DNA of 64,000 nucleotides, from positions 313,595 to 377,594 of the forward strand of contig CAZXJO010000001.1 of NCBI GenBank assembly GCA_964641155.1, in the 5' to 3' direction. This document shows positions 30,634 through 40,442 of this stretch, piece by piece. A model generated the notes under the pieces. It worked only from the letters and a program-made list of their open reading frames with translations, was not told the DNA's origin and searched no databases. Origin of the DNA: an uncultured Desulfurococcaceae archaeon (GTDB taxonomy: Archaea > Thermoproteota > Thermoprotei_A > Sulfolobales > NBVN01). The position numbers and the translations under genes were made by a program. How positions within the stretch are numbered: position 1 is the first letter of the stretch; every line of letters starts with the position of its first letter.

Positions 30634-32373
30634 GTGAAGATGGGTGTGAGCGATAAGTATGATAAGGTTGTCGAACTGGCTAAGAGGAGGGGGTTTTTCT
30701 GGCCGTCGTATGAGATTTACGGCGGTGTGGCGGGTTTATACGACTTAGGCCCTCTAGGTACGTTGCTTAAGAATAGGATCGTTGAGAAGTGGCGGGAATG
30801 GTTCGTGAGGAGGCATCAGGATCTGGTCGTAGAGATTGAAACGCCCATGATCACGCCTTACAAGGTCTTAGAGGCAAGCGGGCATGTAAAGCACTTCACG
30901 GATCCGGTGGTCGAGTGTCTGAGGTGTGGTAGGAAGTTTAGGGCTGACCAACTTATTGAGGAGCGCTTGAACATCAAGGTGGAAGGGATGGACGTTGATG
31001 AAATCACTAAGGTCATACGTGAGGGTGAAGTTAAATGTCCTGCATGCGGTGGCGACCTAAGCGATGCGAGGCTGTTTAACCTCCTTTTCACGACAACTAT
31101 AGGTCCTTACTCCCAGGACGTGGGATATTTAAGACCTGAATCAGCTCAAGGAATATTCACATCGTTTAAGCGTGTTTACGAGGCATTCAGGGAGAGATTG
31201 CCAATAGGTATAGCACAGATCGGTAGGGTTGCGAGGAACGAGATCTCACCTAGGCAAGGCATGGTGAGGCTTAGGGAGTTCACCATAATGGAGGTCGAGT
31301 TCTTCTTCGACCCTGAGAACCCCTCATGCGACCTACTAGATAGGTGTGAGGGTAAGTTAAGACTGTTAACAGCCGATGAAAGGGTTAAGGGAGTTAATGA
31401 CCCCTTCGAGTTAGGTGTTAAGGAGGCCTTAGAACTTGGGGTCATTAAAACGCCTTGGACAGCTTATTGGATGTGCATTGCGAGGAACTTCGTTAAGGAG
31501 TTGGGTATCCCGGAGAGCCAGATGTACTTTGAAGAGAAACTACCTCATGAAAAAGCGCATTACTCAGCACAAACCTTCGACCAATTAGTTAGGATCAGTA
31601 GGTGGGGATGGATTGAGGTTTCAGGACATGCCTACAGAACCGATTACGACCTATCCATGCATATGAAGCACAGCGGTCAGGACCTTAGGGTGTTTAAGAG
31701 ATATGATAAACCAGTCATAGTCAAAACTCAAAAAGTGATTGTTAATAAGGCGCTAATAGGTAAGATGTTTAAGGAAAGATCAGCAGATGTGTTGAACGCT
31801 TTGTCATCCATTGACTTAAACACTTTAAGGTCTTTACTTGCGGATGGTGGGGAATACGTGAGACTTGGTGACTTCCTAATACCTAGGGACGCGATCACCG
31901 TTCAGGAGGTATCTGAGAAAATAAGTGGGAAGCACATAATACCCCACGTTGTTGAGCCCTCCTTCGGTGCTGAGAGGTTGTTGCTGGTCGTTCTAGATAA
32001 TTCGTATAGTGAGGAAGAGGGTAGGGTAGTTCTAAGGCTGCCGAGGGATTTAGCACCCATCCAAGTGGCTGTGTACCCATTAGTTAACGAGAGGGCTTTG
32101 GAGTTAAGGGCTAGGCAGATGTATGATGAGTTTGTTAAGAGTGGGTTCTACGTCATTTATGACGACTCCGGATCCATCGGTAGGAGGTACGCAAGGGCTG
32201 ACGAGATCGGGGTCCCAGTAGCTGTGACGGTAGACCACCAAACGTTAGAAGACTCCACGGTAACCCTACGTGACAGGGATTCTAAGGCTCAAATCAGGGT
32301 TAAAGAGGATGAAGTGGTTGCGAAGGTGGCAAGCTTCCTCTCAAGCTCTTTAGACATAACGCAGCTCAAGTAG
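30634..32373 (+). CDS. glyS: Glycine--tRNA ligase (class II, archaeal/eukaryotic type)
   Basis: RRGFFWPS, LRPESAQG, RNEISPRQG..RLREF, EPSFGAER, anticodon domain SIGRRYARADE.G.P. Confidence 0.98.
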   Translation: MKMGVSDKYDKVVELAKRRGFFWPSYEIYGGVAGLYDLGPLGTLLKNRIVEKWREWFVRRHQDLVVEIETPMITPYKVLEASGHVKHFTDPVVECLRCGRKFRADQLIEERLNIKVEGMDVDEITKVIREGEVKCPACGGDLSDARLFNLLFTTTIGPYSQDVGYLRPESAQGIFTSFKRVYEAFRERLPIGIAQIGRVARNEISPRQGMVRLREFTIMEVEFFFDPENPSCDLLDRCEGKLRLLTADERVKGVNDPFELGVKEALELGVIKTPWTAYWMCIARNFVKELGIPESQMYFEEKLPHEKAHYSAQTFDQLVRISRWGWIEVSGHAYRTDYDLSMHMKHSGQDLRVFKRYDKPVIVKTQKVIVNKALIGKMFKERSADVLNALSSIDLNTLRSLLADGGEYVRLGDFLIPRDAITVQEVSEKISGKHIIPHVVEPSFGAERLLLVVLDNSYSEEEGRVVLRLPRDLAPIQVAVYPLVNERALELRARQMYDEFVKSGFYVIYDDSGSIGRRYARADEIGVPVAVTVDHQTLEDSTVTLRDRDSKAQIRVKEDEVVAKVASFLSSSLDITQLK

Positions 32374-32468
32374 CCCCTCAGCAGTCGGTGTTTAGGCAAT
32401 GGAGGTAGACCTTTAAAGCCGCGCGACGTCTTTAATCCTTAAATAATTCTCAACCCGAATTTAATACG

Positions 32469-32831
32469 GTGAACCCGCTGTCTGGGACGCAGGGTGAGGA
32501 GAAGACAGCCAAGAGGGATATAAAGTCATTAGTGGCTGTAGTTCCTCCTCCACAGTCGCTAATGGATAAGCAGTCAAAACCAAAGGAAAGGAGGATTAGG
32601 TTGAAGTACAGCGAATCAGTGAAACCTGATGAATTACGCGTACCTAAAGCACTTGCCGATGAGTTAGGGATTAAGGACTCGGTCTGCGTCGTGGTTGGTG
32701 GAAGGAGGGTTGCAGGATTTAAGCCCGTAGTGGACGAGAAACTACCCCCTAACGAAGTGTTAGGGAACCCAGAGGTTATGAAGTCTAAGGGAATAGCCGA
32801 CAACAGCATAGTAACGGTCAGAGGCTCCTAA
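32469..32831 (+). CDS. Conserved hypothetical protein; C-terminal part resembles a double-psi beta-barrel (Cdc48 N-domain-like)
   Basis: Duplicated pattern LRVPKALADELGIKDSVCVVV / VLGNPEVMKSKGIADNSIVTVR. Confidence 0.55.
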   Translation: MNPLSGTQGEEKTAKRDIKSLVAVVPPPQSLMDKQSKPKERRIRLKYSESVKPDELRVPKALADELGIKDSVCVVVGGRRVAGFKPVVDEKLPPNEVLGNPEVMKSKGIADNSIVTVRGS

Positions 32832-33272
32832 ATGGCATATCTTGACGTACTTAAAGAAGTTCAGGAAACTACGCTGACCCATGAGAGGCTTTTAAATAGG
32901 TTGAGATCTGAGTTAAGTAAGTTCAGTAGGGGTTCCTCAGGGGAGGAGTCCGTTAAGGAGTTAGTGGAGGATCTGAGGCATAATAGAAGGGCCTACCTCA
33001 ACCTAACCGTCCTCATATACGGGAAAGGAAAGGCTCCAAATAGCTTAAGCGAAGACGTCTACACGTTACTTGAATACAACATTCTAGTAGCCTTCAACAA
33101 CGAGCTAGAGTTGCTGAGCAAGGTATCTAAGTACGTGCGGGAAGGTAGGATGAAGCTTATGTCGTTGGAGGACTTACTCAACGACATAGAGACGGTAAAC
33201 AACATAATCAATCACTTCAGTAGAGCCATCAACGCAGCTAGGTCTGGGAAAGGCGTTCCAAACCCTGAGTAG
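32832..33272 (+). CDS. Hypothetical alpha-helical protein
   Basis: Start abuts the upstream stop (TAAATG); helical amphipathic composition. Confidence 0.65.
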   Translation: MAYLDVLKEVQETTLTHERLLNRLRSELSKFSRGSSGEESVKELVEDLRHNRRAYLNLTVLIYGKGKAPNSLSEDVYTLLEYNILVAFNNELELLSKVSKYVREGRMKLMSLEDLLNDIETVNNIINHFSRAINAARSGKGVPNPE

Positions 33273-33338
33273 GGTTAACTCAGCTAATGCAATACACATA
33301 TATATCCGGTTAGAACTTCATAGTGTGGTAATGTCATT

Positions 33339-34031
33339 ATGAGTGAGGAGGCTTTGAGGCTTGAGTTGGGTATTGGAAGTAATGAGAGCATAGCTGAGTC
33401 AAACATCGTTGAGAGAGTTAAGGGACTTATCAGGGACGTGATGGCGGAGTTTAGGGAAGTGATGAGCCAGATCAAAGACTTAAGTGAGGGCAAGCTGGAA
33501 GTAGTTAAGGTAAGGCATGAGAGGATAAGAAGCATTAAGAACAGCATTGAGAACAACACAATAACGATCGTAGATTACATTACTAGGGTTTCACCCGCCT
33601 TAATCCATAAGGACATATACGTATCAATAGTTAACGGCATATTGAGGTGCGCTGAGAGCTGTGAGGCTACTTCGTACAGAGCTTTTGCCCTCTCAATTAA
33701 AGGTCAGACCAAGATAAGCGACATGCTCTACCTGCTTCTGGAGTCGATGATCAAGGGCAGTATTAACATGTTGGAGGAGCTTGACAACATGCTCACCTTA
33801 ATTTCCGTGAATCCGCGGAAGGTTGGGGAGGTATACAATAGCGTAGTAAAGTTGGAGGACAGCGTTGATGATTTCTACAGGCACGCGTTGGTTGAGGTGG
33901 TGAAGTCTAAGGAACTTGACGCCGGTAGCTTAGTCCTCATGAAGGAGTTAATCGATAAGTTAGAGGATGCGGCGGACCATTTAAAGGACGTAGGCACCAA
34001 CTTAAGGTATATATCACTCCACAGGATTTGA
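33339..34031 (+). CDS. DUF47/PhoU-like helical-bundle protein
   Basis: Two repeats; LEDSVDDFYR and KLEDAADHLKD acidic motifs. Confidence 0.8.
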   Translation: MSEEALRLELGIGSNESIAESNIVERVKGLIRDVMAEFREVMSQIKDLSEGKLEVVKVRHERIRSIKNSIENNTITIVDYITRVSPALIHKDIYVSIVNGILRCAESCEATSYRAFALSIKGQTKISDMLYLLLESMIKGSINMLEELDNMLTLISVNPRKVGEVYNSVVKLEDSVDDFYRHALVEVVKSKELDAGSLVLMKELIDKLEDAADHLKDVGTNLRYISLHRI

Positions 34032-34573
34032 AAATGATTAAAGCGCAGCTAGTTGGTTCTAAATTAATAGTCTTTGAAGTAAGCGCAGCCAGGACTATCT
34101 TCTCTAAGGGGTTTTTCGGTAAGCCATTGGGTGTTAAAAAACCTAAGACCACAGACATTAACTCACCGTTAGAGTTGTCCTTGGTTGAGGGTATGTATCT
34201 GCTTGAGAATAACGTTATCTACGTAGAACACATGGGTAGGGTCTTAGGGTTGGAGGATTTAAGAGCTATAGCTAATGAGAGGATAGCTAACTTCGACGAC
34301 CTCTACCATGTGTATAAGGAGTTGAGGAGGGAGGGATTCGTAGTTCGCTCCGGTCTCAAGTACGGGGCGGACTTCGCCGTCTACAGGTCCAGGCCAGGCT
34401 TGGAACACGCCCCATACTTAGTTAAGGTCGTGAGATTTGATAGTTCTGTGGACCCAGGTGACCTAGTAGGGTGGGGGAGGTTGTCACATAGCGTTAGGAA
34501 GAAACTGCTGATAGCTGTTGTCTATCCCGATAAAGAGGTTGACTACATAATGTTTAAATGGTTTAAACCGTAG
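34028..34573 (+). CDS. endA: tRNA splicing endonuclease, catalytic subunit
   Basis: GLKYGADFAVY (Tyr), LEHAPYLV (His), SVRKKLL (Lys); N-terminal FFGKPLGVKKPK loop. Confidence 0.95.
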   Translation: MKMIKAQLVGSKLIVFEVSAARTIFSKGFFGKPLGVKKPKTTDINSPLELSLVEGMYLLENNVIYVEHMGRVLGLEDLRAIANERIANFDDLYHVYKELRREGFVVRSGLKYGADFAVYRSRPGLEHAPYLVKVVRFDSSVDPGDLVGWGRLSHSVRKKLLIAVVYPDKEVDYIMFKWFKP

Positions 34574-34602
34574 GTATTAAATAGGAAGTACAGCAGTGTC
34601 AG

Positions 34603-35007
34603 GTGGGCCTCTTGGAAACGACAGACAGGCAGCAGAGGTTCGGAAGACACCAGGAAAGTGATAGGGAATTAAAGCCCCTACCCATAGGTAAGTCATGTAA
34701 CCAACTGTGTCCGTTCTTTAAATGCTCTAAAGGCGCCATAGTGTTCACTAACAAAGTTGTTAAGGGCCACGTGCAGAAATCAGCTATGTGTAGGTGGATC
34801 GGGGATCAGTGCTTAGGTTATAAATGCCAGTTCGGTTATTGCGAGCGGAGGGCGTTGCTGCCGAACGGTATATGCACTTTAGCAGTGAAGTTCAGTGAGG
34901 GGAGTGAGGACTTTTTCAAGGAAGTGGAGAAGGCTGAGTTAGGTGGCGGTAAGGTTAGAGACATTCTTGGCCGAAGAACTGGGCGCAAAGACGCCTTCCT
35001 TGAGTAG
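34603..35007 (+). CDS. Cys-rich hypothetical (metal-binding) protein
   Basis: 8 cysteines in C..LCPFFKC and CRW...C...KC...YC...C clusters; the 3' end overlaps the convergent ubiX by 53 nt. Confidence 0.7.
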   Translation: MGLLETTDRQQRFGRHQESDRELKPLPIGKSCNQLCPFFKCSKGAIVFTNKVVKGHVQKSAMCRWIGDQCLGYKCQFGYCERRALLPNGICTLAVKFSEGSEDFFKEVEKAELGGGKVRDILGRRTGRKDAFLE

Positions 35008-35581
35008 CCCCACCACTCCAACGTGTGTAGAGGTTGTTTTCAATACCCACCACGTCCAAAGCCTTCCCAACAACGTATTCTATCAAGTCCTTAACGTTCT
35101 CAGGGCCTGGGTAAAACGCCGGCGCCGCCGGTAGTATCGTTGCACCGGCTATTGAGGCTTTAAGCATGTTAAATATGTCTAACGTGCTTATGGGGGTTTC
35201 CCTGATAACCAACACGAGGGGTTTCCTCAACCTAAGGAAGTTTACAGCCGTCCTAACCAGTAGGTTATCTTGGTAGGAACTAGCAATAGATGCGAGGGTC
35301 TTCAACGAGCAAGGTGCAATAATCATAGAGTTGAAGTTGTGCAGTGCTGATGTGCTCGCGAGGGAGGAGCTTAATTCATCATCCATGAAGACTTCCTTAC
35401 ATCTAGACCTGATGATGTTTAAGAACGCTTCACTGCTGCAGCACTCCTGCTCAGCTACCTTGAGGGCGTTCTTAGTAACTATCGCGAAGACCTCAGACCC
35501 GTTAAGATGGTTTAGGTAGTCTATGAGCCTTAACCCATAGATAACACCGCTAGCGCCGCTGATACCTACCACTACCCTCAA
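34955..35581 (-). CDS. ubiX: UbiX flavin prenyltransferase
   Basis: GISGASG, IAPCSLKTL, DNLL.R, RETP, PAAPAFY, RW. Confidence 0.93.
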   Translation of the reverse strand: MRVVVGISGASGVIYGLRLIDYLNHLNGSEVFAIVTKNALKVAEQECCSSEAFLNIIRSRCKEVFMDDELSSSLASTSALHNFNSMIIAPCSLKTLASIASSYQDNLLVRTAVNFLRLRKPLVLVIRETPISTLDIFNMLKASIAGATILPAAPAFYPGPENVKDLIEYVVGKALDVVGIENNLYTRWSGGATQGRRLCAQFFGQECL

Positions 35582-35620
35582 TCCCTTAACTCACCTTTAT
35601 AAACGCGGTAACACGACTTA

Positions 35621-35680
35621 AATATGTGATGAGGCTCGAAAGGTCGGATCGGTGAAGAGCCCGTGCAGGGCTGAAATATT
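35621..35680 (+). ncRNA. Box C/D guide sRNA
   Basis: C GTGATGA (35626-32), 12-nt guide, D' CGGA (35645-48), C' GTGAAGA (35652-58), 12-nt guide, D CTGA (35671-74), terminal AATAT/ATATT stem; intergenic. Confidence 0.88.
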
Positions 35681-35719
35681 CCTTATTTAACTTCCCCACC
35701 GCTAACATTACCTGGGTAG

Positions 35720-36646
35720 GTGCGTGGCCTAATGGATGAGGAGGTGGTTAGTAAGTATCTAAGGGCCGGGGAAATCGCTTGGAGGGTTAAGCAATTCATA
35801 TATAGTTACCTGAGGCCGGGCGTTAAACTGCTCGAACTAGCGAACACCGTCGAGGGCGTGATTAAGGAACTAGGAGGGCAGCCAGCATTCCCCGTGAATA
35901 TATCAGTTAACGCTGTGGCAGCTCATAAAACACCCCTACTCGATGAGGTAGGATCTGTGATGGAGGGTGATGTGGTCAAAATTGACATAGGTGTGCACTG
36001 CGACGGATACATAGCTGACACAGCCATAACCATATCCTACAATGATAGGTTCGATTTACTCGTAGATAGTGCGAGGGAAGCGTTGGAGAGGTCTTTAAAC
36101 GTTGTCGGAGAAGGTGTTAGGTTTTCAGATGTTGGAAGCGTTATAGAGGAGACCGCCAAGAGGTATGGGTTTAAACCTATTAAGAATTTAGGAGGTCATA
36201 GCTTGGGGAGGTACTTAATACATGCAGGTGATGTAATACCCAATTATAACGACATGTTTCAGTTGGGAAGGTTTAAGAGGGGTGGGGCATATGCTATCGA
36301 ACCGTTCGTATCCGATGGTAGGGGTTACGTAGTTGAATCTGATGAGGTCAACATATACGCATTAACTAGGACTAAATTCAAAGGTCTAACAGAGCTGGAG
36401 CTCCGAGTAGTCAATCACATCTTAGATAAGTTCAAGACCCTACCGTTCTGTGAGAGGTGGTTGGTCCACGAAACCAGGTTACCGGTAAACATGTTGAGGG
36501 AGGTCCTAAACTCATTAGCACATAAAAACGTAGTTAGGAAATATCCAATACTTCAAGAAGCGTCGAGCGCGGCGCGTGTGGCACAATTTGAGGAAACAGT
36601 TTTAATAGGTGACGACGTCTTAGTGATAACGAACCCTAAGCACTGA
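35720..36646 (+). CDS. map: Methionine aminopeptidase type II
   Basis: AFPVNIS, KIDIGVH.DGYIADTA, NLGGH, AIEPF, AQFEET. Confidence 0.96.
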   Translation: MRGLMDEEVVSKYLRAGEIAWRVKQFIYSYLRPGVKLLELANTVEGVIKELGGQPAFPVNISVNAVAAHKTPLLDEVGSVMEGDVVKIDIGVHCDGYIADTAITISYNDRFDLLVDSAREALERSLNVVGEGVRFSDVGSVIEETAKRYGFKPIKNLGGHSLGRYLIHAGDVIPNYNDMFQLGRFKRGGAYAIEPFVSDGRGYVVESDEVNIYALTRTKFKGLTELELRVVNHILDKFKTLPFCERWLVHETRLPVNMLREVLNSLAHKNVVRKYPILQEASSAARVAQFEETVLIGDDVLVITNPKH

Positions 36647-36968
36647 TACAATGTTCCACTGTTGACCTTCATCCCTTCTTCACGTGCTGGGCATAGGTCT
36701 GAAGCACCCTCAAAATCGACCACTAGTTCGGCAGTAAACAAGCTTCACATCATTACGGAAAAGAATTCATAGCTTCTCAACCCTAACGGAGTTGCTGTGG
36801 CGGGTCTAAACCAGTGTGGGTCCTCAGACGTACGGGGTGGGGGTTGACATACCTACTGCTAGTCACTTTGGGACATCTAAACAGTGCATGCAGAACTACA
36901 GGCGCAGCCCCCCGCCCTGATGAAAGTATATATTGAGGTTTAAATATGGCTTTAAGGAGGATGCGTAA

Positions 36969-38066
36969 ATGGACGCAGGAAGTTCAAGCGACACCTGGTA
37001 CCTGTTACTGCTTTTAATGTTTGCAATATCATTCATACTTAACTTCACTGACGTACCTCAAAGAATTCAGTTGTGGAGGTTCGCGTCATATATAAGACGT
37101 AGGTTGGTGCAGATGGATGAAATCGAAGGTGATGTAAGGCGTAGGCTGATAAACTACCTAAGTAAGTTGAACGTAGGTGCTCCTAAAGAGGTTGTGGATA
37201 ACTTCATCAATAACTACTTCCTGATAGAACCGGTTGACATAGAGCCTATAGACATTATTAGGAGGCTTTCTCACCTGATTAACGTCAGGGATGCTAACGT
37301 TAAGTCATACGCTGAGAAGTACATGTTAGGTATCCAAAAATCCGAAAGGTATAACGCAATTGTTGCTCTGGAGATCGCATCAGCGATTAACTCAGTTAAT
37401 AAAGTATTGAAGCATTACTTCAAGCTAGGCTTGAAGAACAATAATTGGGTATTGCTCATGCAGCTAGCTCTTGAGATGCCCAACATAATCAGGATCGTTA
37501 ACTCGTACAGCAAGGCATTAGACGCTTTCTTCTCGGGAACACCTATAGGTGATGGTGCGGGACCCCTACTCGTTAGGTACTTGGTTGGTGGCGCTAGCCC
37601 GAAGCAACTAGTTGAGGACACGGTGTATTACGAAGCAACCATTAACGGCAGGCGGGTTTACGCCATAAAGGCTGAGGGTCCTGGGGCGACTGTAGGTAGG
37701 CCTGGGGAAGCTGTTGAGAAGCTGGTTGAGATGTTGGGTGGTAATGTTGCGAGGATAATCACCGTTGACGCGGCCCTGAAGCTGGAGATAGAGGAAACTG
37801 GGGAGGTAGCTGAAGGTGTGGGAGCTGCTATTGGGGACGTAGGGCCTGAGAAGATAGGTATCGAAAGGGCTGCAACCAAGTATGGAATACCGTTGGATGC
37901 AGTAGTTATTAAGATGTCGCTGGAGGAAGCAATAAACACTATGACTAAGGAAGTCTACGAAGGTGTTTTAAAGGCTCTCGAGAGGGTTAAGAACATAATA
38001 AATGGTGTGAGTGAGGGAAGCTCCGTGATAGTCGTCGGGGTAGGTAACAGTGTAGGGGTGCTATAA
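36969..38066 (+). CDS. DUF1512-like protein with N-terminal TM helix
   Basis: PIGDGAGP, KAEGPG..VG.PG, TVDAALKLE.E.TG.VAEG.GAAIG, GVGNSVGV. Confidence 0.75.
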   Translation: MDAGSSSDTWYLLLLLMFAISFILNFTDVPQRIQLWRFASYIRRRLVQMDEIEGDVRRRLINYLSKLNVGAPKEVVDNFINNYFLIEPVDIEPIDIIRRLSHLINVRDANVKSYAEKYMLGIQKSERYNAIVALEIASAINSVNKVLKHYFKLGLKNNNWVLLMQLALEMPNIIRIVNSYSKALDAFFSGTPIGDGAGPLLVRYLVGGASPKQLVEDTVYYEATINGRRVYAIKAEGPGATVGRPGEAVEKLVEMLGGNVARIITVDAALKLEIEETGEVAEGVGAAIGDVGPEKIGIERAATKYGIPLDAVVIKMSLEEAINTMTKEVYEGVLKALERVKNIINGVSEGSSVIVVGVGNSVGVL

Positions 38067-38368
38067 TGGTTCAGTTACGTGGCGCCTTAGACGTGTTCAC
38101 GTTGGTTATGTTAATCGTTACCGTGGTCCTCGTCGTCTACACCATAGCTATGATGCTTATGCAGAAGGGTAAAAGTAAGACAACCGCAAGCCCTAAGGTA
38201 ATCACTAAGGTGAGGTGTGTGCAGAACGACTATGATGTGGAGAAGGAGTTCAGCAAAGGCGATTATGTGGGGTTGGAGGTAGGGAAGTGTCCGAAATGTG
38301 GTAGTACCTTAACCATCGATGCCATATACATGGTTGGCAGTGTTAAGGAGAAGGAACCCTCTTTATAG
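38066..38368 (+). CDS. Small membrane-anchored zinc-ribbon protein
   Basis: N-terminal TM helix; C-terminal CPKCG; start overlaps the upstream stop. Confidence 0.7.
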   Translation: MVQLRGALDVFTLVMLIVTVVLVVYTIAMMLMQKGKSKTTASPKVITKVRCVQNDYDVEKEFSKGDYVGLEVGKCPKCGSTLTIDAIYMVGSVKEKEPSL

Positions 38369-38440
38369 CGCATGATTGCGGTCCTAGGGGTCATACACCT
38401 ATTATAACTCCACTTCTTAGATTAGATACTGGGATTAAGG

Positions 38441-39289
38441 TTGAAGGTTCTGCAGTATTTGGTGGAATCCGTCGACCTAAGCGTGTATTCGTACGTTAAG
38501 CCAGGAGCACCCCATAGATATTCCATACATGACCAGGACCTTCATAAGTACTTAAAGACTGTGACAACGTCCCTGAACACATATATTCAAGCAATCAACG
38601 TAGGTGAGTCGATAGCTAGGGGTTCGCTTGGGATACCGTCAGCAAACTTAGGTAAGTTCTTGTCGCAATCTATATCATCATCTTTCAGTAAGTTGACGTC
38701 AAACGCCGTGGTTGAGTTACACCTGATGTTAATCCCTGCCACCATCGCTGTCTCATACACGTTAACTAGTGAGCGTGTGATGAACTTGAGTACTTTTAGG
38801 AAGACAATCATGTCGCTGATGATGTACTCAGATGTTAAGGACACCCTCGAACTGTACTCAACACTTAAGAAGTTAGGGAGGTACGAACGTCTTTTACTGG
38901 AGTTGGGTATTAGTGAAGGGGTTATCAGGACTAACTCCATGAACTTACGCAACATGTACATATTGTTGAGTAGGAAGGTGTTACCGCTCAGCATGCTAAT
39001 TGATAAGTTGGACGTCGTAGTGGGTATGGCAGGTAGGTTTATTAAAACCTATGAGGAGACCTACGACTACAACTTAGCTACGGTCTCCTCGTACATGTAT
39101 GGGTTGGAAGCTCTTTACAACATTTCATTCGGACAGGAACTCTTCAAAGAACGTGGCATCATGAACAAGCTCCTCAAGCTTGATAAGGAGTTTAGGGGTA
39201 AGGGCCGCGATTTCACCGAGTTAATACCTGCGTTATGTGTTTCCACACTGCTATCGCTGAGCAGTTTAGATCGTACGAGCAGGGATTAA
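38441..39289 (+). CDS. CitG-like (triphosphoribosyl-dephospho-CoA synthase family) protein
   Basis: KPGAPHRY..D motif near the N-terminus and N.G..L..IP pattern; divergent from the canonical family. Confidence 0.55.
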   Translation: MKVLQYLVESVDLSVYSYVKPGAPHRYSIHDQDLHKYLKTVTTSLNTYIQAINVGESIARGSLGIPSANLGKFLSQSISSSFSKLTSNAVVELHLMLIPATIAVSYTLTSERVMNLSTFRKTIMSLMMYSDVKDTLELYSTLKKLGRYERLLLELGISEGVIRTNSMNLRNMYILLSRKVLPLSMLIDKLDVVVGMAGRFIKTYEETYDYNLATVSSYMYGLEALYNISFGQELFKERGIMNKLLKLDKEFRGKGRDFTELIPALCVSTLLSLSSLDRTSRD

Positions 39290-39321
39290 CCACCCTTAGG
39301 ACTAAGGGGACGTCAGTCCTC

Positions 39322-40062
39322 CTATTTGATGTAGGTTGTAAGGTCTTTGGATTGACCGACGTTTATGACTGTTATCCCCTTCCTAGCAGGTAGGGACACA
39401 TTACACACTCTGACACCATCTAACACTGCCTCTAAAACCCTGGAGTTATGTGCGTGCGCGTGTATTGCTACATCTGGTTTGGCGTCTTTCAGAACATCCT
39501 CTAAACTCCTAGACCCCATGAAGGGAAGTACCTTCTCAGGCTCGCCCTTAACGGTAGCAAATGTTGGGGCGTAATGTGATACATATATCGTTACATCTGC
39601 AACCTTCTTCACGTCGATGAGTAGTTTCCTAATAATTGCGGGTCTCTCCCTATACACGCGTTCAAGGACTGGCCTATTCTTCCTCTGCCAATACGTGAGC
39701 TTTTCGAGTACCCCCCTACTGCCTATGATACTTACCTTCAGGTCATTGACGTAGATCATGGCAAGCGAGTCATTAAGCCATAGAACTTCAGGATATTCGT
39801 TAATGAACTTCTCCTCAACTTCGTGGAATTCCTCATTCCCGAAGACAGCTACTATCGGCACATCCCTAAATCTAGACCTAACGCTGTCCACTATCATTCT
39901 AAGCTCCTTAGTGTTACCTTCATCAACCATGTCACCCGCGAATACTATTAGGTCGGGTCTGGAGTTTATCAACGACTTAAGGGAGGCTAGGAACAGGTTG
40001 AAGTACCTATTGCCGTGGACATCACCCACAGCGTAGACCTTAACCGACGGCATCGTACCCAT
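39322..40062 (-). CDS. Calcineurin-like metallophosphoesterase
   Basis: DVH, GDMVD, GNEE, SHY, HAHAH motifs. Confidence 0.9.
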   Translation of the reverse strand: MGTMPSVKVYAVGDVHGNRYFNLFLASLKSLINSRPDLIVFAGDMVDEGNTKELRMIVDSVRSRFRDVPIVAVFGNEEFHEVEEKFINEYPEVLWLNDSLAMIYVNDLKVSIIGSRGVLEKLTYWQRKNRPVLERVYRERPAIIRKLLIDVKKVADVTIYVSHYAPTFATVKGEPEKVLPFMGSRSLEDVLKDAKPDVAIHAHAHNSRVLEAVLDGVRVCNVSLPARKGITVINVGQSKDLTTYIK

Positions 40063-40210
40063 CTATAGTTGTTGTAGTTAACTAAATTTAATCTAATAGC
40101 ATCAAGGGTATATAAAGGTGTGTCTGAGTAGGAACTGCGGCCAATTGAATTGATGAGATCTTAGCATTTATAAGCCCTCCACATACAATGTACGTAGGAG
40201 GTAGGAGGGA

Positions 40211-40423
40211 ATGGTCAAGCTACTTGGGACGAATTCGGCGGGGCACCTTGGTTGGGTGCTCAAGCGCTGCAACATATGTAATAGGAAATTAGTGGTAGGT
40301 AATGATGCCGTGTACGCGTGTCCTAAATGCGGCTCAACTGCTAACGTCTATTACTGCCTAGCCGACTATAAAAGGCTTCGCGGTAAATGCCCGTACTGCA
40401 AAAGCGATTTAGTACCGATTTAG
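40211..40423 (+). CDS. Small Cys-rich zinc-finger protein (CxxC, CPxCG, C..D, CPxC)
   Basis: Motif pattern in 70 aa; GGAGGG SD. Confidence 0.75.
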   Translation: MVKLLGTNSAGHLGWVLKRCNICNRKLVVGNDAVYACPKCGSTANVYYCLADYKRLRGKCPYCKSDLVPI

Positions 40424-40442
40424 AGCTCTCGGGTAGAGTTCT

